Shown: one piece after another, positions 54,833-64,000 of the stretch
How positions within the stretch are numbered: the stretch's first letter is position 1
Layout: the number at the start of each line of letters is the position of its first letter
DNA from: the human T2T-CHM13v2.0 reference genome, Homo sapiens
Assembly (NCBI RefSeq): GCF_009914755.1
Contig: NC_060928.1
Direction: 5' to 3' (one strand)
Length of the DNA: 64,000 nucleotides
Translations under genes and position numbers: made by a program
Notes under the pieces: generated by a model
Seen by the model: the letters and a program-made list of their open reading frames with translations, nothing else
Databases searched by the model: none
What the model was told of the DNA's origin: nothing

Positions 54833-54905
54833 ATGGAGGATGAAGCTGTCCTGGACAGAGGGGCTTCCTTCCTCAAGCATGTGTGTGATGAAGAAGAAGT
54901 AGAAG
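54833..54905 (+). CDS. SLC4A4: SLC4A4 first coding exon (exon 2 = 54832-54905): N-terminus of electrogenic sodium bicarbonate cotransporter NBCe1-B/C
   Basis: Encodes [24 protein letters not shown] plus first base of Gly25, the recognised NBCe1-B N-terminus; acceptor T-tract...TAG|G and phase-1 donor AAG|GTGAGC at 54905/54906. Confidence 0.97.
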
Positions 54906-57900
54906 GTGAGCTTTATGGGTCTGGGAAAGTGTCTGTTGACATACATATGTCTCTATAGATAATAACATTCATGCATTTCATATATCTTACATTTTTAAAA
55001 TGAAACACCAAACCTTTTCTATAGAGTTTCATCAATCTCTACATTTGCTTCAACACAGAAAGTAATTTTAAGAACTTCACTGGACCATCAAAATCTGATT
55101 CAATATGGGTCTTGCCTGGTTTAAAAAAAGTCTTATTTTAAAGTAAGTGCCTATGTTAGCTGTGCCTCTTCATCAAAAATAAACATTTTACCAGATAATA
55201 CTAACCACCTTCCAATGACTAATTCAAGAAAGCTGCTCGATTTATATAAATATATTCAGCAGCATCTTTAATATTCTTTCTTGTAGCTTGTAGTGTAAAG
55301 ATATAGATACTACAGAAGGATAATGATACCATTGTTGCAGGAGAAATGGGTTTAAGCTGAAGATGTTAAGAGTGATAATCATGGATGACTGTCAGTTAGG
55401 AAAAGATGGACAAGCATTTTTTATTTAAAAAACTTCAGTCTCTTTTGCTGATGTTTCCTAGTGCCTGTTAAAAACTAAAGAAGAGTTATGTTTTACCTGG
55501 TGCTATAATACTTTCAGCGGGCATTCCCTTTTCCTGTCTCCTGACTTATCAATAATGTGGGAATAATGCTATTTATTTGATAGAAGGCAAAGCTGAATTA
55601 ATATTTATTAAAATAATTATATGAAGGCATCACAGATATATGTTATTATTCATATTTATAATGAGATTTTTAAAAATCAGGGTTATAGGCAATACTCAAA
55701 GTTAAATGAAACTTGCAGGTGAATCATGTGATCAATTCCACCATTTAAAGTCACCTGAGAGACAATTCATTTGTGTTTTGGAGATTCTGACCTGACCGGT
55801 GCCATGTGGTAAGCATTTAGTGCCAGCCCCAAACTTGAACCAGAAGGTGGTGGGCTTGGGAAAAAGAGAGTCAGTATTGTATGTTCTGGAGTGATTCTTC
55901 AAGCAGACTGAGCACCAGGTACTGGGCAAGTGATGCTCCTGTGCCACTTGGAACAGTTTGAATAGTGTGGCTATCATGTTGTTTCTCATGTTTCTTTAGT
56001 AAGTTTCTTCATCCCATGTGGTGTTAGAGGATTGGCGCCTCCACCCGCCCCCCTCAACTTCCCGCATTTATGCTCTTGAGACTGACTAATAAGAATTTGA
56101 TGCCTAAGTTTCTTAGGAAAACGGAAACTACAGTATTTTCTTTCATATTGTTTTATGGGTTCCTTGCATTTTTGCAACATGCTGTGGGAAAATGTCAAGC
56201 TGGTGAAAGCAAAATAGTAAAACTTTTGTCTTAAGATTCTTGGAACCCATGATGTTAAATCATCATTTTAGTGACTCTGTCACTGTCCCAGTGTCAAAGA
56301 GGAGATACCAGCAAAGAGGAGATACAAGCAAAGAGGAGTTATAGCATATGAATATAAGAAATAATGTAGCTTTGAGCAAATAGCCTATAGTTTTAAGACA
56401 ATTGAAGTAGAAAAAGCTTGGGAGTGACATATACTGTGTGCGTGTGTTTTCCTTTGAGAATAATGTTCTAGCTAGGTTCACAAGAGATGTAAATCACTTC
56501 TTGAGTTTGTAAGGTCTGTAGGATTGACAGTACTCTACTGAAATAGGATATTGTATACTGTTTCTTAAGGCTTTGACTAAAAAGTGCGTTTCCTGAAGTA
56601 TTTCCCTTGATTTTCAAGCACAAAATTAAGACGACAATATAAATGAATAGCACACAAATCTGTAGCCAGGATTCTTTAAGAAGAAACAGAAACACAACCA
56701 AAGGTGGTAGAAACATCTGTAAAATTCAAGAAATGTGTTGGTTTTGTGATGATTAAACCGTCCAAATGGATTTGTGTGTTTTCCTGTTTTTATGAGACCT
56801 CTATTTTAGTGACTGTCTTTCATGTTGATTGGCACCTGAGCTGACTACATTTCTTCCAAGACATGCTCAGATAGTTGCCGGTTGCTGAGTCCTGAGCCCC
56901 ATAAGAAGATTGCTTATGGATTATTTTGTGGGTAACTTTCAACAGTGCTGACTGTCTTACAGTACTAGCCTTGAAATTATAGTAATTGCTCATTTGAAAT
57001 GAACAAAATTGTTCATTTTTAATTTGGTGTTCTCCCAATTGACCCTCCCCCTTTTTCACCTTGCTTTATTGGTGGGGGTGGGAGGTCTTAGATTTTTATA
57101 GTAGCTCTAGGTGATAGTATAAAACGGTTGAAATGGACAGGGGTTTTTTGGCACATCCATGGTTCCAGTGATTGAGAATGAAGAAACAGACGGCCTATGT
57201 TAAGACCTCTAAGAAGTATTCACATTTTGAGGGGAATGTTTTTTCCCAAGGATATGAGTCCATCTCATATTTTTAATTGCATAGAGAAGAGTGTATCTGA
57301 AGAAAAGCAAACTGTTATCTCTATTCTAAAGTAGCTTCCTGGCACATTTATGGCAGAAGTGAATGCCTCAGTTTTAAGGGTCAGAATTCAAAAGGCAAGG
57401 AGCTGGAACACTTTATATTATTATTTACATTTTCTTTTATGAAAGTAGTTATTTCTGTTGCTTCTAGGATAAACATAGAAGTTTACAATGTTTGTAAACA
57501 TTCTTGGCAAAGTCAACTTAAAATAAAACTTTGTTTTTTACAGTTATCTGCATAAATAAGATGTACTCCCAATAAGTGATTATTAAAGTAACTAAGGTCT
57601 GATAGTTCTTGTTACTTTGAAATATTCGTGCTTTAAAAGTGCTTAGGGTCCCCTAATTTGGGGTGATTGGATTCAGCTCAACCTGAAGGCAAGAAGAGCC
57701 AGATACTCTCTCTTAGTTGCTTCGAATGCTGTGGTTCTGAGGAGAGAGACTTCAAACCACGCCCTCAGTTCACCTTGTTCAACTTTACTCTCAGTGGGTG
57801 GCATGACACTTAATCCACATTCTAAAAACTTAATAGAAAACCATCAACTGCAAAACTCACTAAGCACAGAGTGAGTCACAAGAGGAGTCATCTGTTTAAG

Positions 57901-59092
57901 TAATGAATTTATCTATGTGGCATATATTTAAAGGCCTAAACCTCATTGTCACATAATTTTCTTCATGTGTTAATGGCTTAAAGAGATACTCTTTCAAAAT
58001 GAAACCAAGTGCCAATTTTAATCTTTAAAATAAATAGAAGCCTTTAAATCTGCTCTTCCACTGGTTACCTTGTACTATGCGTGGTTTTAAAGTTAACATT
58101 TTTAGGAGGAGAGGGGTTACTGTGGATAAACTCATTTTAAAATGTCAGTATTTCAGATATTCATATTTATTTCTTTATCAAAATGCCCCAGCTCCCACCC
58201 AGGCCCTTCCACGCTTCCACAGAATTGGTCTGTAGATGACAAATTAACATTACCAGAATGATCCATAAGTGTTGACCACGAGGAACAACCACTCACTTTT
58301 CGTTTCAAACATAGATGGGGGAAATTGCTAATTACGTAGCAATTACGTAGTGATTGCTAATTACGTAGTGAATGAAGATTGAGATAGGAAGAGTCAGTCC
58401 CAGGTAACTTTTTCCAAAAACAGAAGAAAATCCTATGGATGTTTTATTCCTAAAAAAGCCAGCCAGAATTTTGGATCTGTATGATATAAACAGATTACTT
58501 AATAGTCTCATATTTTGCAATAGGGGAAAAGAGCAAACTCCACCTTATCCTTTGAGATAAGGCTTTGGCTCTGCAAGGCTAGGTAACTCCCAGCAGGCCT
58601 TGGCAACTCTGACTTCATGAGGAGGGGCCTCTTCTTAACATCAAGTTCAACCAACAACTCAGAAAATATAAGATGCAGTAACACAGTATTGGTTGAAATG
58701 TGTCTCCATTTTTGAGGCTTGGTCAGTACTCTCCTAGAGCTATTATGCTATATTGTGCTGGTTTTCCTCTTCCATTCAAAACTTAATGCAGTGGGAAGTA
58801 TGCACCCATCTGTCCCAATGGAAGAATAATTCTACAAATTCACATGTCTACTGATGGACATTAGGAGGGAGTGTTGTTGAAAATGCATGGAATTTACAGG
58901 AGGATTGTTTTCAGGAAAAGTAAAAAAAGTATGTCAGGGTCTGGGACAGGGTAGATATTCACTAATTATTTGTTAAGAGAAAGAATGAATAAATGAATGT
59001 ATAACATAAACTAAATAAAGCATATGTAGAATCACTTTGTATAATACTCTGACATATTTTTTAAATTTTTTTGTTAGAAATTTGGTTCTCAA

Positions 59093-59410
59093 AGCCTGAC
59101 GTGGTGGTCATGCCTATAATCCTAGCACTTTGGGAGGCCAAGGTGGGAGGATCACTTGAGGGCAGGAATTCAAGAACATCCCAGAAAACATGGCAAAACC
59201 CCATGTCTACAGAGAAATAAAAAAAAAAATAGCTGGGTGTTGTGCATGCCTGTAGTCCCAGCTACTCAGGAGGTTGAGGTGGGAGAATCGTTTGAGCCCA
59301 GGAGATCAAGGCTACAGTGAACTGTGATTGTGTCACTGCACTCCAGCCTGGGTGACAGAGTGATACCCTGCCTCAAAAAAAGAAAAGAGAAAAGGAAAAG
59401 AAAAAAGAAG
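59093..59410 (+). mobile_element. AluJ
   Basis: 'gggaggatcacttgag', 'gagcccaggagatcaaggctacagtga', A-rich tail. Confidence 0.9.
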
Positions 59411-60909
59411 TTTTGTTATCTTAGTACTCTTATTCTAATGAAATGATATAGCCTCTCATCTTATCCTTGGTATTACTCCTGCTTGATTTTGCAGAGATCA
59501 TTATCATACTTATATCATTTATATATTTATACTGATAAGAAAAAGAAGGTCCTAAACACCTCTGCTTTATCAAACTTTTTCATTCTCCTACTATGTTTTT
59601 TGAAGAGAGAGACTAAAATAATGAAATGGTGGCTTTTGTCTTTTTGGAAGTCAAGACCTCAACATTTTACAGACATGAAATCATGACTTAAACCTATTTC
59701 TTGCTAGAGGATATGATGATCATCTACTCGTGTACTGGAGAAGGTAGTATTTTTTTCTAAAAAAACTGGGGCCTGGTAGACATTTTTTAATTATTACAAT
59801 GGTATAAAACGTAATTTCTGAGAAGGAGTGAATGAAAACCTATCGGATGGGAAGGGAGGGGCCAAGTTGGGACTGGGGCTATTCTGAGCGCTGGATATAA
59901 GTGTCCGGTTGCATTTTGCTGACCTCTTCTCTGCTGTTCACTCTAATTGCTCAGAAAAACAGTGTGTACAGAGGAAACTCTTGGGCAAATACTGCTAAAG
60001 GAAAAGCCTTCTTAAAAGGAAACAATGTATCCACACATTGGCCCACTTTAAAGAAATACAGTGAGGTTTTTAAAAGTTGGTACTTGAATAGTAACATAGG
60101 TTTCCCAGAACAGGTTGAGCCCATACAGACCTTTCCCAGCTCCCTGCTCCTTTCTCCTCATGGCCTCAGCTGAACGCTGGCCAGAGGTCCTCAAGTATGC
60201 AGCACTTAGCTCTGTAGCTGCCTGACATCTCTTGCTGTGTCAGGGAAGTTAAATATTTATATATAGATTTCTTTCACTTCAAGGAAGGCTGATGATAGTT
60301 CCGTGTGTTTTTGAAACTAGAATCAGACATTTCTTCTGAGAATTTGAGAATTTTCCAACTGCAGAGAATTCCCTGGTAGTATAGTATCGGCCAAAGCCCT
60401 CTTGAAGCCATTTCCTATCCTAGGTGTTGGTGTTCTTTGATGGCAATAAGCCATACCAAATTGCACGTGGTACTTGCATTGTGTTTGGCAAGGATCCAGA
60501 AATTCTGAAATAGTACACTTATAGCAGTTTTGCCTATAGATTGAGCTTCTTTTTAGAAGCTTTTTATCTGGTCATATTAGTGAGACATGTTGTTTGATAT
60601 TTATTTTGGGGAGTCTCTATTGTTTATTTTATTCAAGTGTTGTCAAAGCAGAGGCACTAAGTATCAGTTTGAGAATAAAAATTTAAAACTTGCTCTATTG
60701 CCAAATCATTGCATAGGTGAAGGAAGCAACTTATAGTTTAGATTATGGGTTTTTCTCTTTGTAAAATGGGAACAATGGAGCATGTCATTCACCTTAGAAC
60801 TCTTAAGAACTTCCAACAGCAATTGCTGCTGTACCTGGCATTAGGAACAGGAGTGCTTTATACTCCACCACTGTCTGTTGTTTTTCTTTCTGATGGATAC
60901 AGCCTCACC

Positions 60910-61049
60910 AATAATTTTCTTTGGTTATTATAATCTTCTTTGGTTATTATAATTTTCTTTTAATTATTTAATTAATTATTTTCTTATAATTTGGTTATTA
61001 TAATTTTCTTATAATTTTATATAATTTTCTTTGGTTATTATAATCTTTT
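60910..61049. repeat. AT-rich degenerate minisatellite (unit ~TTCTTTGGTTATTATAAT)
   Basis: Read directly from sequence. Confidence 0.8.
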
Positions 61050-63229
61050 CTACAAATCGTAACTGGTGTAAATATTGTTTACTTGCTTAATTCATTTCTC
61101 CCTACATCTAGCCTTTGCCTTCCTAACCATACTTACCTACTGCTTCTTATATTGGAAAACTAAAGCCAGAATGATCCATTGAAACTTCCCAAGGCTTACT
61201 CTCTGTTTGCCTTTGGACTCATTCTCATCCTTTAAGCTCTGGGTATGAAATCTAATTTTCACAGTTAGACTGCTCTGATACACATTATCCTTAATTTGTT
61301 AAATTGTCTTTTTTTCCAAGAAGAGGGATATTAACCATAATTGTATACTGGGTAAAACGCAAATCTTGTCCATTGTATAATAAAGCCTGCAATGTTGCTT
61401 CATTTGGAAAATGGATTCAAGAATGTAGTGTTTTTCTGCGAGTGAGAAGGATTCAAGAGTCTAGTATGTGTATATGTATTTAAACATGCATATAGAAATG
61501 CATTTCCCCTTGTCTGCCACATAGACTAGAATACTTCTGCTTCCTACTGGCCATTATGTAATTTAGGTGCCAATTAAATGAGATTATGCAACAGTATGGA
61601 AATACTACTATATATTCTAACCTGAACTAAATATTTCCCCTTTTTTATCACCATGAGATTAGAAATCATTGGGAGAACTGAGAATTGGGCCTGATGAGAA
61701 TGAGTAAAATAAGAATATAATAAAGATCAGTTGAGGCTTTCTTGTTGCTGTCATGAGCTTGCTGGTGAGATTTTATTTTATTTTGTTTTATTTTATTTTA
61801 CTCTTTTGGCTGATTGCATTTAGGTGACTGAGGTGAGAGCCTGCAATGGCATAGGTTCACGGGAGGTTCCAACATTCATCCCTGGATCTGCTGATTGCCA
61901 GGTGGGATGAAAGGTGAAGGTAGTGAGGGTGGTGAGTGACATCCACTGAATCAGCAGTATAGATGACTTAAATAATTCATTTCTCTGAATAGCTGAAAAG
62001 TTTTCAAATCTGGTAAATTGTTTCTGCCTTTCCATAGAGTTAGAATTAGAAGGCAGCTATCCAAAGGGCTATATCCAATGTGTGTACCTTTCTTCATATT
62101 CTGTTGATTTTTGGAAGAACAGACTCTACTTAGACCTCATGAAATATTATTTTAGTGACTATTTTCATGGTGGAATGCTCAGTAACTTTTACCAGGCCAA
62201 AAACTTCCGGGAATAAAAAGAGGTTTTAAATTTTAGTAACATTGGCCAGTATATCAGCTTTAGAGGAATGGAATTACATTGTTATAGATGGGTTAAATCA
62301 CTACCCAACCCCCAATTGATTATTAAATTTTCAACAGGAAATTTGATTCCTACTGAAAAATAAAGAAAATGTCTTCAAGGTAGAATGAAAGCCCATGATT
62401 GAATCTAATGGATACGTGTGTTTGACAAATTAAATTAGTATCTGATTATTCAAGTTTTTACTCGCTTTTATTCCTTCTGTTCTATGGTTTAGAGAACATG
62501 GTGGTGGACCAGTAGTCTCAGGACCTTTTTCTGTTCCTGGTCTGCCACTGCCTTTCTGCATAATACAAGGCAAATCATTGTCATGTGGTTATGGTTCCTT
62601 CATGCAAAGTGCAGTGAGTAACCCATCTTCTTAGCCACCTACTAGAAATGCTCTAAGAATTTTTGGATAATACCTGAAAAATACCTTGATACTTCCAGTA
62701 AGCCATTAAGAAGTTACTTAATTTCTGAATCTCAGTTTTTTGTACAAGATAGAATTTGCACCTCTCATCTCCTACTTTTTTCTAGGAATATAAGTAAAGC
62801 AATTTGAAATCCCCCAGGATTAACCGCATAAATTTAAGGTATTATCTCCCTTGCAGGTAATTGTTGTATGTAATTTATCTTTATGTGCAACACTTTCTCA
62901 CCAGTGGTTGCTGTGACTGCAGAACACTTTCAGACTAAAGCTAATACTAATATCTGGTAATCAACAGATTAGTTGATTAGTACTTACGTTAACTCTTCTT
63001 ACTAAATTTAAGTAACTGATGGACCATGCTTTTTTTTTTTTTTCTTTAAGCCGATCAAAATGGTAAGAACAGTTGCAGGTGTGACCTCTAATATGTTGCT
63101 TTTCCAGGCTTATGTGTATCATTGAATGTGATAACATTGTAACTAGGACCATGATTATTGTTTAGTCAAATAAACCAGCCATTATTTAAGGACACAAGGT
63201 TAGTTGACATGGTAATTTTAGAGATGTAT

Positions 63230-64000
63230 CACATACGTAGGTGAGTTTACATGGAAGGCCAGGGAATATATCTCCTACAGAATAACATTAAATTGAGACC
63301 TAAAAGAGGAAAAGGAATTTGCTAGGTGAAGAATCAGGGAAGCATTCCAGGCAGGCATGTGTGAAGGTCCAGAGGTGAGAAAGAGGTAGGCCCATTTGAG
63401 AAACAGAAATAAGGCTACAGTAGCTGGACCATGTGAACAGGGGGAGAGTTCTGAGGTGGATAGGACCCAGATAACTCAAGGTCTTTTATGTTATGCTAAA
63501 TATTAGCATTTTATTGAGTGTGCACTAAGGAAACATTGCAGAAGGGTTTTAAGCAAGGAAGTGATAAGACCAAATTTGTATTTTAGAAAAGATTCCTTTG
63601 GCTGCTGGATGGAGACAGTGTCCCAAGAGGGCAAAGACAGAAGTGTGGGGGCTGTTGCCAAGATTCAACTGAGAGATGATTTTGGGTTGGACAAGAGTGG
63701 GGACAAAAAAGATGGAGACAAATGTGTTGAATTGATGGGTGGATGTATGGATGGGGATGGCTGCTTCTGGATTTCTGTTATGAGCAATTTAGGGGATCAT
63801 GTACCATTTTGTAAGATGGGGAACAGTGGAGGAAGAGTGGTGGGGGATGATAGGAGTTTAGCCTTTTGTATATATTGAATTTGAAGCACCTGTGAGATAC
63901 CGCAGTAGAACTCTGAAGCCGGTAGTTGACTATACAAGCAGGAACTAAGAAGGAAGGACAGGGATGGAGATATAAATCTGGGAGTCCTAGGCATATAGCT
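63230..64000 (-). mobile_element. L2 body fragment
   Basis: 'agcattccaggcag', 'gggttttaagcaaggaagtga', 'ggagatataaatctgggagtc' typical of antisense L2. Confidence 0.75.

Larger units (their letters stand above)
54906..64000 (+). other. SLC4A4: SLC4A4 intron 2 (partial)
   Basis: GT donor at 54906; the expected next residues (HHTIYIGVHVP...) were not seen in the window. Confidence 0.85.

Noticed and set aside
54329-54946. 205-aa antisense ORF overlapping exon 2
   Set aside because: Runs through T-tracts and a TG repeat (poly-K, HTHT); no homology recognised and no sign of an antisense transcript
59849-59878. Five G-tract putative G-quadruplex
   Set aside because: Common motif class with nothing else nearby supporting function

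Overview
Human (primate) genomic DNA holding the 5' end of SLC4A4 (electrogenic Na+/HCO3- cotransporter NBCe1) on the + strand. It contains a CpG-island promoter (~4.8-6.1 kb), a GGC-rich first exon ending at 5659, a ~49 kb first intron, and the first AUG-containing exon (54832-54905), which encodes [24 protein letters not shown](G), the NBCe1-B/C N-terminus. The window ends inside intron 2. The rest is intronic or upstream sequence rich in Alu, L1, L2, MIR, LTR and DNA-transposon relics. Almost every ORF in the supplied track is spurious or repeat-derived, and I found no CRISPR array, RNA gene or foreign insert. The best leads are: (1) exon 1 is open in the CDS frame after splicing and has a CUG in strong Kozak context, suggesting an N-terminally extended NBCe1; (2) an in-frame AUG upstream of exon 2; (3) an unexplained degenerate ~36-37 bp tandem array at ~42.0-42.5 kb; (4) a perfect 19-20 bp inverted repeat at 45.1 kb; (5) a tailless AluY and a closely spaced inverted Alu pair. 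All repeat subfamily names and TF motifs were recognised by eye, not by database search, and the boundaries of old repeats are approximate.
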